Below, one piece after another: positions 48,764 to 58,865 of a DNA stretch of 64,000 nt. This DNA comes from Oceanisphaera marina. Lineage in GTDB: Bacteria > Pseudomonadota > Gammaproteobacteria > Enterobacterales > Aeromonadaceae. Position 1 is the first letter of the stretch. Every line of letters begins with the position of its first letter. The position numbers and the translations under genes were made by a program. The stretch spans positions 132,132 through 196,131 of the forward strand of contig NZ_BMKE01000002.1 in NCBI RefSeq assembly GCF_014643915.1, read 5' to 3'. The notes beneath the pieces are model-generated. The model made no database searches and had not been told where the DNA came from. It saw only the letters and a list, made by a program, of their open reading frames with translations.

Positions 48764-49172
48764 CTGCGCTGTTCCTGTAAAAGCAGGCCACCCACGGCGG
48801 CCAAAAATAAAGTAATAAGCTAGGGTCTGTTAGACTCCAGTCTGTCTTAGTCACAAGTCAATCAGCTGTTGATGTAGTGCAAAGAGGCAGCAGGATTGCC
48901 TACGCCAACGCGCTAAGCCGCATCCATACAACGCTCGTCAAATGCCGTCCCTGGCATTTGACGGTTGACTCCGACAACTCCTACTGCCTCTTTCAACGAT
49001 ACGGAGCCGTCTGTTGATCGCACTCACAGGCAACTCCGCTGTCGACGGGAGGGCAAAGATGGCAAGCCCAGCGGCGAGTCGGAGGAGCTGTGCTCTCTGC
49101 CTGACAAGCCACACTCATTTCAAAAACATCAACAAAAAGATGTGACTGAGAGACAGTCTGTTAGCCTCCAGA

Positions 49173-49742
49173 TTACGGCTTAACGCTTTCCGAAGGGGCC
49201 TGTTCTGCCAGCCAGCTTTCTGCCGCCAGGGTCCAGTTCTGGCTTTGTTGCCAGCTGTTGATGATGTGCGTTACATCCTGCGGCTGCCAATGCAGACTGC
49301 GCAAAATAGCCAGCGCTTCGGGCGATTCCTGCTCAAGACTGCGGCGCACCACCGTATGGGGTTTATCGTTAACAGGCCATATTTCGCTTTCTTCCGCCAG
49401 AGCAGTGCCTTTGGGGCCTAAGTCGTCCAGCCGGTCAAAAAAGCGCTCCACAAAAGGGGCTGATGCATCGGGTAGCCATACCGTTACACTGGCATCGGCT
49501 TTACCGGCCCAGAGTCGCTGCCAGATTTGCCCTAACCGGGCTTCTTCAATGGTAACGGTAAAGCCCTGTTCTCGTAATACGGCACCCGCCAGATGAGTGC
49601 GGGCCAGCTCGGCGGGATTAGCGCCAGTAAGCAAATGAATCTGCCTGGAAGATGAATCGGTACAGGCCGCTAACAGCAGTCCGCACAGCAATAGCACCGA
49701 TAGTGTAAATCGTCGCGCTGCCTGGGATATCAATCGTCGCAT
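49173..49742 (-). CDS. Lipoprotein with a glycine-betaine-binding (OpuAC/ProX-like) domain, short form
   Basis: Lipobox LLLAAC after the start MRRLISQ, which has GGAGA/AGGGA upstream. Weak OpuAC-like similarity. Only 189 aa, so it may be a truncated or standalone binding domain. Confidence 0.5.
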   Translation of the reverse strand: MRRLISQAARRFTLSVLLLCGLLLAACTDSSSRQIHLLTGANPAELARTHLAGAVLREQGFTVTIEEARLGQIWQRLWAGKADASVTVWLPDASAPFVERFFDRLDDLGPKGTALAEESEIWPVNDKPHTVVRRSLEQESPEALAILRSLHWQPQDVTHIINSWQQSQNWTLAAESWLAEQAPSESVKP

Positions 49743-50068
49743 TCCCTGTTCTCCAATGAATCGCAATCCCCCTAAGAGTGCCAGAAAGTGACGCCAATAG
49801 CATGTGATCCGGCATGTTTTAACCACGGCTGATCACGGGCGGCTGATCGCGATTGGCGAAGAAAGAAACATGTGGTGACGGCAACACTTAGGCTGAGTCC
49901 CTGCTTGTTTCACTAAATCAGAATCCGCCGTAAATACCGTGAAAATGCGGTTACCACCCAGGATGCTTTTAACAGAAATTGTGCTAATGTGCGCCACCTT
50001 TTCGGACCTGGGCCCACGCCGAGGATCAGTTAGGCAAACCTTTATTTACTTACTCAAATGGATACAAG

Positions 50069-50749
50069 ATGCGTCTATCTAACCTGTTAACCGTTACCGC
50101 ACTTTGCTGGTTGCTCAGCGGTTGCGTTGCCCCCATGTTGGCCATGGGACAAAACCAGCTGATGTGGTCTTTGATCAAGCCTTTGGTCGGGCTGGATCCC
50201 AGCAGCAGCAAGCTGTTTGAACAGCCCATGATTAAAAACCGCATGACGGCCTTGCTGGGCGACGACTATCAAGACACGCTGGCCCTGCTGCGCACCGCCC
50301 CTAAATTACAGCAAGAAGGTACCCTGTTTTATCTGGCATCCAATGACACCCTGACCCAGGGATCTGATCGGGCCAGCCTGGTATGGAATGCTCAAACCAA
50401 CCAAATGTCGGCTTTGCTAAACAAGGGAGATCTTACCCAGGTGTTTACCGAGTCGGACAGCGAACAAACGGTGGCATGGCCACAAACCGTTCAAACCTGG
50501 TTGGCCGAGCCTGACTCTGCCGGCGCAAAGGCAGCAGCTGCAGACGTGGAAACAGAGCGACGTCAACTAAAGCAAGAGCTGACGGCGGCCCAGCAAAAGC
50601 TCAAGGCGGCACAAGCGCAGCTGCAAGCATTGCAGACTGACTCCGCCGCCAATGCCAAGGTGGAAGAAAAGCTCAAGGCGACGGCACAGAGCAAACTGGC
50701 GGCAGAAACAAAACCCGCCAACACGGCCCCCCTAGAGTCTTTGAATTAA
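50069..50749 (+). CDS. Lipoprotein with a C-terminal coiled coil, uncharacterised
   Basis: Lipobox in MRLSNLLTVTALCWLLSGC. The C-terminus is Ala/Gln/Lys-rich and heptad-like. Confidence 0.6.
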   Translation: MRLSNLLTVTALCWLLSGCVAPMLAMGQNQLMWSLIKPLVGLDPSSSKLFEQPMIKNRMTALLGDDYQDTLALLRTAPKLQQEGTLFYLASNDTLTQGSDRASLVWNAQTNQMSALLNKGDLTQVFTESDSEQTVAWPQTVQTWLAEPDSAGAKAAAADVETERRQLKQELTAAQQKLKAAQAQLQALQTDSAANAKVEEKLKATAQSKLAAETKPANTAPLESLN

Positions 50750-50752
50750 GCA

Positions 50753-50791
50753 TAAAACAATGGCGTGGTTAACCACGCCATTGTTGTTTTT
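50753..50791. terminator. Bidirectional rho-independent terminator
   Basis: 13-bp stem aacaatggcgtgg-ttaa-ccacgccattgtt with T-runs on both strands. Confidence 0.8.
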
Positions 50792-50810
50792 GACTGCTGG
50801 CGGCTAGCGG

Positions 50811-52910
50811 CTACATCGGTTTGTCGGCCAGATAACTGTCTTCTGGCGGATGATCGCTTTCGTTGACCAGGTCATCATCATGCTCTTCCATCTTCCAGGG
50901 CAAAATGCCCGGCGAGATGTGCAAGAAATGCAGATATTTCTCGAACTGGTCGAGAATATCGCTGATGATATCCTGCTGATCATAACCGTATACATCGTAA
51001 GCCTGGCCACCCCGGCGCAGGAACACCTCGGCACGATAGTAATGTTCATCCCCGTCCAGATCCCGCTCGGTTTCCGGAAAGGCAAAATCAGGCAAGGCAT
51101 AACCACGCAGCCGAATTTCATAGATAAACTCGAGTTTACCCTCCTGAAACACCTGAAACTGCGCGCGGCAATTTTGCTCGTCAAAAGTCACTTCGGCTTC
51201 CCAGCCTTGCTGCTCCAGCTCCTGCTCCACCTTGTGCATGCCCTGAAAACAGGTGGTGCGAATAAATTTTTCTACCGCATCCCGAGCCGGAAAGTCCACC
51301 AGGTTGGCCAGACGCTTTTTCCAGAAACCCGGCCCGGCCTTGGCCCCGCTCTTGGCCGACTGCATATGATGTTGCAGGCTCACCTCGTGATGCCCTTCAA
51401 TAATCAAGGCCCGCCACATGCCGACCATGGCAATCAGCATGATAATGGCAAAGGGCAAGGCACTGACGATAGAGGCGGTTTGCAAGGCCCCCAGACCACC
51501 GGCCAGCAAGAGTGCCGCAGCCACCACCCCTTCGGTGGTTGCCCAGAACACTCGCTGCCACACCGGCGTATATTGAGCACCGCCCGAAGCCAGCGAATCA
51601 ATGACCAGAGAGCCCGAATCCGATGAAGTAACAAAGAAGGTAATGATCAACACCACGGTGACAAACGACACGATAGACGTCAGTGGCAGCCGTTCGAACA
51701 ATTTGAACAAGGCAATCGCATGATCGGCCTGCACTTCATCGATCAGTGCCGTATAGCCATCCACCATGATCAGGTGCAAGGCGGTGTCACCAAACACCGA
51801 GAACCACAAGAAGGTAAAAATGGTCGGCACCACCATTACGCCTACCACAAACTGGCGAATAGTACGGCCACGGCTGATTTTGGCAATAAACAGCCCCACA
51901 AACGGCGCCCAGGCGATGGTCCAGCCAAAGATAAACAGGGTCCAGTTGCCAATCCAGTCACTGGCGGTATAGGCCTGCAGATTAAAGGTACGCTCGACAA
52001 TGTTGCTTAAATAGCTGCCGGTATTCTGCATGAAGGTGTCGAGGATGAAGATGGTCGGCCCCACCGCAAACACGAACAGCATCAGCGAAATGGCCAGCGC
52101 CATGTTCAGCATCGACAGGCGCTTTACGCCTTTGTCCATGCCTGCCACCACCGACATGATGGCCAGCCCGGTAATCACGGCAATGGCAATAATCTGCACC
52201 GTGGTATTCACCGGAATATTCGGCCACAGATAATTCATGCCGGCGTTGATTTGCGCCACCGACAAGCCGAGTGTGGTGGCAATACCAAACAGGGTGCCCA
52301 AAATGGCAAACACATCCACGGTATGCCCCATGGGGCCATGAATTTTTTCGCCAATCAGCGGATACAAGGTAGAGCGCATCGACAGCGGCAGCCCATGGCG
52401 AAAAGCAAAGTACGCCAGTGATAAACCGACCAGGCCGTAAATGGCCCAGATATGAAAGCCCCAGTGAAAAAAGGCGATTTGCATGGCTTGCTTGGCGGCG
52501 TCTACGGTCAGCGCCGGCCCTTGTGGCGGTGAAGCATAATGCAACACCGGCTCGGCCACGCCAAAGAACAATAATGCAATGCCGTAACCGGCCGAAAACA
52601 GCATGGCAAACCAGGCGACAAAGCTGTATTCCGGCTCTGCATGATCTGGCCCAAGCTTGATATTACCCCATTTACTGAAGGCCACCGACACCACAAACAC
52701 CAGGAAGATGGCCACCGACAGCATGTAGAACCAGCCAAAGGTTTTGGTGATGTAGCCCAGTACGCTGGAAAACAGCTCTCCGGCCTGAGTGGGGTTGCTC
52801 ATGGTGCCAATCACCATAAGCGCAATCACAATCACGGCAGGGATAAAAACCGGTATTAGCACCGTTGATGAGGGAGGCGATTTTTCCGAGTTCGCTTTTT
52901 CCGAAACCAT
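50811..52910 (-). CDS. BCCT-family betaine/choline transporter (BetT-like) with a long cytoplasmic C-terminus
   Basis: 699 aa with 12 TM helices and the BCCT signature region (…WTLFIFGWTIAWAPFVGLFIAKISRGRTIRQF…). Confidence 0.85.
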   Translation of the reverse strand: MVSEKANSEKSPPSSTVLIPVFIPAVIVIALMVIGTMSNPTQAGELFSSVLGYITKTFGWFYMLSVAIFLVFVVSVAFSKWGNIKLGPDHAEPEYSFVAWFAMLFSAGYGIALLFFGVAEPVLHYASPPQGPALTVDAAKQAMQIAFFHWGFHIWAIYGLVGLSLAYFAFRHGLPLSMRSTLYPLIGEKIHGPMGHTVDVFAILGTLFGIATTLGLSVAQINAGMNYLWPNIPVNTTVQIIAIAVITGLAIMSVVAGMDKGVKRLSMLNMALAISLMLFVFAVGPTIFILDTFMQNTGSYLSNIVERTFNLQAYTASDWIGNWTLFIFGWTIAWAPFVGLFIAKISRGRTIRQFVVGVMVVPTIFTFLWFSVFGDTALHLIMVDGYTALIDEVQADHAIALFKLFERLPLTSIVSFVTVVLIITFFVTSSDSGSLVIDSLASGGAQYTPVWQRVFWATTEGVVAAALLLAGGLGALQTASIVSALPFAIIMLIAMVGMWRALIIEGHHEVSLQHHMQSAKSGAKAGPGFWKKRLANLVDFPARDAVEKFIRTTCFQGMHKVEQELEQQGWEAEVTFDEQNCRAQFQVFQEGKLEFIYEIRLRGYALPDFAFPETERDLDGDEHYYRAEVFLRRGGQAYDVYGYDQQDIISDILDQFEKYLHFLHISPGILPWKMEEHDDDLVNESDHPPEDSYLADKPM

Positions 52911-53146
52911 AATAGAACTCCTGTATTATTATTTAATGTCATAAAATGCAGCGTGCTCGAATTGAGTCTATCGCAAAAGCCACTCGCTTTGGGTAATAAG
53001 CTGGAGTCAAATGAACGATAATAATACGCCCAAGTTTTTAGCCGCTATTGAATGTCGTCGGTATTAACAACTCGCTTTACCGATAATAGCTATCCCATGC
53101 CCCTATACTAAAAAGACATTTTTGGCCGCTTTCAGCGGGAGGTATT

Positions 53147-53518
53147 ATGCAAGGGAAAACAACTCGCCGTGGCTTGCCGAAGGTCGCCATACGGTACACC
53201 TGGGCACTGCTCATATTGTTGTTGAACATTCTGACGCCAGAGGCTTGGGCTGAAGACGTCATCAACCTCGAGTTCGGCGGCACGCCCGGAACGGCGTATT
53301 CGGCACACTGGACGGTAGAAAACGCAGGTCAAATCCGTGAATATCAGGAACAAGATGGCCGCGTTCCGGCCAGGCACCTCTATGCTGGCGACGCCATCAG
53401 CGGCACCGTCACGCTGTTAAGCGGCGGACAGTTAACGTTGAATGTGGAAAAAAGCGGCAATCGTTCTCGCTCTGCCACCCAGGGCAGGGGCAGCACGCTG
53501 CATTTCTCGGTCAGATAA
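53147..53518 (+). CDS. Small secreted protein, uncharacterised
   Basis: Signal-peptide-like N-terminus, and RBS GGGAGG upstream. Confidence 0.45.
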   Translation: MQGKTTRRGLPKVAIRYTWALLILLLNILTPEAWAEDVINLEFGGTPGTAYSAHWTVENAGQIREYQEQDGRVPARHLYAGDAISGTVTLLSGGQLTLNVEKSGNRSRSATQGRGSTLHFSVR

Positions 53519-53585
53519 CCGGCTGAAAACTTTTTTCAATCTTGTTGCTATTCAGCCTAATACGTTCTGTCTATTGCGGTACCAT

Positions 53586-53611
53586 TAAAAAGCCGCTGTT
53601 AGCAGCGGCTT
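53586..53611 (-). terminator. Rho-independent terminator after gabD
   Basis: gccgctg-ttag-cagcggc stem with a T-run on the minus strand. Confidence 0.65.
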
Positions 53612-53647
53612 GGATAGATGATTTATATTAGCGAAGTATATTCAACG

Positions 53648-55093
53648 TCAGTTAACCTGCCCCAGATTCACGTATTTGGTTTCCAGAAACTCATCCAGGC
53701 CGATACGCGAGCCCTCTCGGCCCAGGCCCGACTCTTTTACACCACCAAAGGGGGCCACTTCGTTGGAGATCATGCCGGCGTTAACCCCCACCATGCCTGA
53801 CTCCAGCGCTTCAGACACCCGAAATACCCGATTGAGATCCCGGGTATAAAAATAGGCCGCCAGGCCAAAAGGCGTGTCATTGGCCCGTTTAATGGCGTCA
53901 GCTTCCTCTTTAAAACGAAAGCAGGCCGCTACCGGACCAAAAGTTTCTTCATGGGCCAGCAGCATGTCTTCGTTGGCCTCGGCAATCACGGTAGGCTGAT
54001 AGAAGGTGCCGCCCAGCGGGTGCCGCGCACCGCCGCAAATCAGCTTGCCGCCTTTAGCCAGTGCATCGCTGACGTGCTGCTCGACTTTTTCCAGCGCGCC
54101 CTGGTTGATTAGCGGCCCCTGTTCGGCACCCTCGGTCAGGCCGTCGGCCACCTTGAGCGCAGTGGCGGCCTCGGCCAGCTTTTGTACGAAGGCATCATAA
54201 ATGCCCTCTTGCACAAAGAAACGGTTTACACACACGCAAGTCTGGCCGGTATTTCTAAACTTGGAGGACATGGCACCGGCAACAGCCGCGTCCAGATCCG
54301 CATCATCAAACACAATGAAAGGCGCATTGCCGCCGAGCTCCAGCGACAGTTTTTTTACCGTGTCTGCCGCCTTGCCCATCAGCAGCTTGCCAACATTGGT
54401 GGAGCCGGTAAAAGACAGCTTGCGCACCTGGCTGCTGCTCATCAAGGCGTCACTGATGGCGGCGGTATCACCCGAGACCAGATTCAGCACACCTGGCGGC
54501 AGTCCCGCCTGTTCGGCCAGCACGGCCAGAGCATTGGCGCACAGCGGAGTTTCGCTGGAGGCTTTCACCACGGCGGTACAGCCGGCTGCAATGGCGGGCC
54601 CGACCTTGCGGGTCAGCATGGCAATAGGGAAGTTCCAGGGAGTAATGGCCGCCACCACGCCCACCGGTTGCTTGATCACCCAAAGACGGTTTTCCGCCGT
54701 GGGGCTGGGAATGGTATCGCCATAGGCACGTTTGGCCTCTTCGGCAAACCACTCCAGAAAACTGGCGGCATAGGCCACTTCACCCTTGGCTTCGGCCAGT
54801 GGCTTACCCTGCTCAAGCACCATGAGCTCGGCCAGGGCAGTTTGATGTTCCATCATCAATTCATACCAGCGGCGCAACACGGCTCCCCGCTCTTTGGCCG
54901 TTTTTTTGCGCCAGCTGTCAAACGCCCGCGTGGCGGCGGTAATGGCGGTTTCCGTTTCTTGAGTGCCACACCGGGCAACCTTGGCCAGCAGCTGACCGTT
55001 GGCCGGGTTGTTCACGTCATACTGCTGCTCACAGTCATGCCACTGACCGTCGCAATACCAACCGGTTTGCCATAAGAAATGCGAACTGTCCAT
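53648..55093 (-). CDS. gabD: NADP-dependent succinate-semialdehyde dehydrogenase
   Basis: 481 aa with more than 60% apparent identity to E. coli GabD across its length (…ITPWNFP…ELGGNAPFIVFDDADLD…NTGQTCVC…). Confidence 0.9.
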   Translation of the reverse strand: MDSSHFLWQTGWYCDGQWHDCEQQYDVNNPANGQLLAKVARCGTQETETAITAATRAFDSWRKKTAKERGAVLRRWYELMMEHQTALAELMVLEQGKPLAEAKGEVAYAASFLEWFAEEAKRAYGDTIPSPTAENRLWVIKQPVGVVAAITPWNFPIAMLTRKVGPAIAAGCTAVVKASSETPLCANALAVLAEQAGLPPGVLNLVSGDTAAISDALMSSSQVRKLSFTGSTNVGKLLMGKAADTVKKLSLELGGNAPFIVFDDADLDAAVAGAMSSKFRNTGQTCVCVNRFFVQEGIYDAFVQKLAEAATALKVADGLTEGAEQGPLINQGALEKVEQHVSDALAKGGKLICGGARHPLGGTFYQPTVIAEANEDMLLAHEETFGPVAACFRFKEEADAIKRANDTPFGLAAYFYTRDLNRVFRVSEALESGMVGVNAGMISNEVAPFGGVKESGLGREGSRIGLDEFLETKYVNLGQVN

Positions 55094-55210
55094 TTAGCTT
55101 CTCCTTTATCGGTGAATGTATGACGAACATGGGATCAATAATGACGCTATCGGTAATCGGGTACGGGTGCAACCGTAAGCGCAAGATGTATAACCTTACT
55201 CACATAAACC

Positions 55211-55235
55211 AAAAAAGCCGGGCTAAGCCCGGCTT
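55211..55235 (-). terminator. Rho-independent terminator after the AGCS transporter gene
   Basis: agccgggct-a-agcccggct with TTTTTT on the minus strand. Confidence 0.75.
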
Positions 55236-55254
55236 GAATAATAAAGAAGAGACG

Positions 55255-56754
55255 TTAACCGCGTTCGGTTTGCGCTGGCACCCCGGGTGGCTCGGTGTCT
55301 GGCACAGAGTGAGTATTACCCGCCTTGTCTGTCGTCCAGATATCCGCATTTTTGATGCCCAGCTTTGTCGGGTCGAAAACGGGATCCAAACCCTGGGCTT
55401 TTTGCGCCTCGTAATCTTTCAGAGCCAGTAATGCCGGCTTTTGCAGCAGCAAAATGGCGATGATATTCAGCCACGCCATCAAGCCCACGCCTATGTCACC
55501 CAATCCCCATGCCAGTTCGGCCGTTTTAACCGCGCCGTACACCACGGACGACATAAGCGCGATTTTCAGCAAGAACATCAGCCAGGGGCGATGGATATGG
55601 CGGTTGATATACGCCACATTGGTTTCGGCAATATAGTAGTAAGCCAAAATAGTGGTAAAGGCGAAGAAGAACAGCGCTATGGCCACAAACATGCCACCAA
55701 AGCCCGGCATCACCGACTCGACGGCGGCCTGGGTATACCCCGGACCCGCTTCAACGCCTGGCAGCTGCTCCACGATGGCCTCACCGGCTTTGCCCATCAC
55801 GTTATAGGCACCGGTAATGATGATCATGAACGCAGTCGCGCTGCACACAAACAGGGTGTCTACATACACGGAGAAACCTTGCACCAGCCCCTGCTTGGCA
55901 GGGTGAGAGACCTCGGCGGCCGCCGCTGGGTGAGGACCTGTGCCCTGCCCTGCTTCATTGGAATAAATACCGCGCTTGACGCCCCATTCGATAGCCAGCC
56001 CCAGAATGGCGCCAAAACCGGCTTTCATGCCAAAAGCACTGCCAACAATAAGGCTGACCACATCGGGAACCATCTCGATGTGCATCGCGATAATCACGAA
56101 GGCGACCAGGATGTAACCCAGCGCCATGAAGGGCACTACTATCTGGGTAAAGTGCGCAATGCGCTTTACACCGCCAAAGATAATCATTCCCAGCAGCACC
56201 ACAATCACGGCGGCCGATACCGACGGCGAAATGCCAAAGGCATTCTCGATGCCGGAGGCGATGCTGTTGGCCTGTACCCCAGGCATTAACAAGCCGCAAC
56301 CCACTATGGTCGACAAGGCAAACACCCAGGCATACCATTTCATGCCCAGGCCTTTTTCAATGTAATAGGCAGGTCCGCCCCGATACTGACCCTTACTGTC
56401 TTTCTCTTTATAGATTTGCGCCAGTGTGGATTCGATAAAAGCAGTACCGGCACCAAAGAAGGCCACTACCCACATCCAGAACACGGCGCCCGGGCCACCA
56501 AAGGTGATGGCCGTGGCCACGCCTGCGATGTTGCCCGTTCCCACTCGTCCGGACAACGACAGGGTCAATGCTTGAAAAGACGTAATACCGGCAGGAGAAG
56601 ACTCCCCCTTGAACATCAGCCTAACCATTTCCTTGATATGACGAATTTGTAAAAAACGGGTACGCAACGAAAAGTACAACCCCACGCCCAGACACAAGTA
56701 AATCAGGGGCAGGCTCCATATATAACTGTTTATGCCATTAACTAGGTCACTCAT
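55255..56754 (-). CDS. Alanine/glycine:cation symporter (AGCS family)
   Basis: 499 aa with AGCS signature segments (…GRVGTGNIAGVATAI…GGPGAVFWMW…). Confidence 0.85.
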   Translation of the reverse strand: MSDLVNGINSYIWSLPLIYLCLGVGLYFSLRTRFLQIRHIKEMVRLMFKGESSPAGITSFQALTLSLSGRVGTGNIAGVATAITFGGPGAVFWMWVVAFFGAGTAFIESTLAQIYKEKDSKGQYRGGPAYYIEKGLGMKWYAWVFALSTIVGCGLLMPGVQANSIASGIENAFGISPSVSAAVIVVLLGMIIFGGVKRIAHFTQIVVPFMALGYILVAFVIIAMHIEMVPDVVSLIVGSAFGMKAGFGAILGLAIEWGVKRGIYSNEAGQGTGPHPAAAAEVSHPAKQGLVQGFSVYVDTLFVCSATAFMIIITGAYNVMGKAGEAIVEQLPGVEAGPGYTQAAVESVMPGFGGMFVAIALFFFAFTTILAYYYIAETNVAYINRHIHRPWLMFLLKIALMSSVVYGAVKTAELAWGLGDIGVGLMAWLNIIAILLLQKPALLALKDYEAQKAQGLDPVFDPTKLGIKNADIWTTDKAGNTHSVPDTEPPGVPAQTERG

Positions 56755-57292
56755 ATAACATCCTTTGTTCTAATGTAATGACTCTGCACCAGCAGAACAT
56801 TTGCCAAAACAGGCTTATCACCCACAGCTAAACAAGGGTCAAGCCGTCAGCTGCAGAGAAAAATACTCTGCATTATTCATCAGCACAAGTGAGCAGCCCG
56901 GACAAAAAGTCCACCTTGCAAAAAAACACAAACGCAACATTTGAATAACATTTCATTCCATTGGCGAAAGCGCCGAAGGACGTTACGCAGATTTCTTACT
57001 AACTCTCTGTTTAAGCAGCAATAAAGATCACTCAACCGACAAGGGCAGTTTTAAGAAGTGAATGAATATTTAAATGTGTGCGAAAGTAAGCCGTTTTTTC
57101 GAGGAACAATGAAATTGAAGAAACGGGATAAAGATCACATGAGCTGGTTGAGCAGCCGCCCATAGACGGAACCCAATGCATGAGACATACAGGCATTGAT
57201 AACTGCACGAGCAAGCGTATGAGAGCGGAGGTTTATGCTGTGCATGAGCATGCACAGCACCAAAGATATTAATATTAAATAATTGAAAGCCG

Positions 57293-58054
57293 TTACTGAA
57301 CTTGCAGAGCCACCTGGCGCAGCCAGCGCTGCCTTAGTGGCAGCATTTCCATGGCGCCAAACTGAGCCTCGCCTGCCTTGCTGTACCAGGCCCAGTTTTG
57401 ATTGCCATAATCAAAATGCCACCATTCACTGGGGAGATTGGTAAAGCCGGCCTGGATCATCACGCTATGCAGCAAACGACGGTTTTCAATGACTTCCGCT
57501 TCCCGGGCACTGGGCTTTTCAATGGCCTCGAACGCCGCGCTGTAAGACCAGGGGCTGATGTCATCAAACTCGGTGCCCATGTCCAGAAACAGGCCTTCGC
57601 TATCACACAGGGCTATATCAACAGCGCCACCGGTTAGATGTGGGCTGGGCGCCGCAGGGTCGCTGCTTGGCGGTGCCACAAAATGACGGATGCGACTCAA
57701 GAGCTCGGGCTGGGAGTCATTAACATGATGCGCACTCATGGCCGCAAACAGAACATCATACAGATGCTGCTGCACTATCAGCGGACGCCAGCCATCCAGC
57801 ACCACCAGCTCTATGCCTGACGGCAATAATCGCGCCGCCTTGTAAAGGCGATACAATACGGAGCGGCGAATATAACACTCGCTAATTGCGCCCGGCACAT
57901 TTTGATGAAAATAGGTCGGGTAAGAACGCAGCGGCGTATTCACCAGCCCCAAAGGCACCAGAGGATCATCGGCCTCGACTATGGGTATCAGCTGCACTCG
58001 AGGCCAGTCTGGCTCAGGTTGGGCGATAATGGCTTGAGATAAGAAATTCATCAC
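57293..58054 (-). CDS. ddpX: D-alanyl-D-alanine dipeptidase, VanX/DdpX (M15D) family
   Basis: Zn ligands in SPHLTGGAVDI and EWWHFDYG. Confidence 0.75.
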   Translation of the reverse strand: MMNFLSQAIIAQPEPDWPRVQLIPIVEADDPLVPLGLVNTPLRSYPTYFHQNVPGAISECYIRRSVLYRLYKAARLLPSGIELVVLDGWRPLIVQQHLYDVLFAAMSAHHVNDSQPELLSRIRHFVAPPSSDPAAPSPHLTGGAVDIALCDSEGLFLDMGTEFDDISPWSYSAAFEAIEKPSAREAEVIENRRLLHSVMIQAGFTNLPSEWWHFDYGNQNWAWYSKAGEAQFGAMEMLPLRQRWLRQVALQVQ

Positions 58055-58163
58055 GTTTGCCTACGGTTACGAAGATATGGCTCAGGCTTACCAAAAGCAC
58101 CGTACTTTGCAAGCAAAGAAGACTCTTTATGTGAACAGGCCGCAAAACTGGCGCGTTAATCAA

Positions 58164-58604
58164 TCACAAATCACGAATGAAAGACTTGTCCAATTGTTTG
58201 AAGGCCAGGCTCAGGGTTTCGCCCAATTGAAAATAACTGGGCCTGGCGACCGGTTCGGCTATCGGCACGCCAGCGGCAACAATTTTGGCATAAAGCTGGC
58301 GATACCAGTTAACCAGTGAGGGGGGCAATGGGGTATCGGCGCGTTTGCCGAGCCAGAACAATCCCTGCATTGGCAGACTGGCCAGAAACATGACAGACGC
58401 CACCACTCCCGGCCAATAACGGGGGTCACCCGCCTGAAACTGCACCAGCAGACTCAGCACGATCAGGGCCGGCATGGTGCGCAGCCCCAAGCGCGTCGCC
58501 GTCATAATACGATATTCGGGAAACAGGGCCGCCAGTTGTCGTTCTTTGGGCCAAACGTCAAGGTAGGCGCTGCCTCTGTGTAGCGTGCCAGTCAATGTTG
58601 CCAT
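58164..58604 (-). CDS. yfbV: UPF0208/DUF412 membrane protein YfbV
   Basis: Aligns with E. coli YfbV (…LPMQGLFWLGKR…AFKQLDKSFIRDL). It is divergent from ackA, as in E. coli. The start is uncertain (58604 or 58646). Confidence 0.75.
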   Translation of the reverse strand: MATLTGTLHRGSAYLDVWPKERQLAALFPEYRIMTATRLGLRTMPALIVLSLLVQFQAGDPRYWPGVVASVMFLASLPMQGLFWLGKRADTPLPPSLVNWYRQLYAKIVAAGVPIAEPVARPSYFQLGETLSLAFKQLDKSFIRDL

Positions 58605-58865
58605 AATGCCTCCAAAACAGGCCGCAATTACCATTACTAGACCCATATCATAGAACCGTTGTCACATTATGTTATTTTACGCCACCAACAGGGGTTTATC
58701 CCCCTGTTATTATAATTTGCTTGATTTTAAGGCATCGGCAAGCGCCATCAACCAGGCATAAGTTGCGGGTTGAGCATCACACTGGCGAGTACCGCCGCTG
58801 CCAATAACCTGAATATTGCATTCGGGCAGCAAGACTTTCGACCTCTCTGACGACAGGGTTTACAG

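Noticed and set aside
48965-49183. 72-aa ORF in the purT upstream region
   Set aside because: It has no RBS, an odd composition, and overlaps the 3' end of the minus-strand lipoprotein gene. It is probably non-coding.
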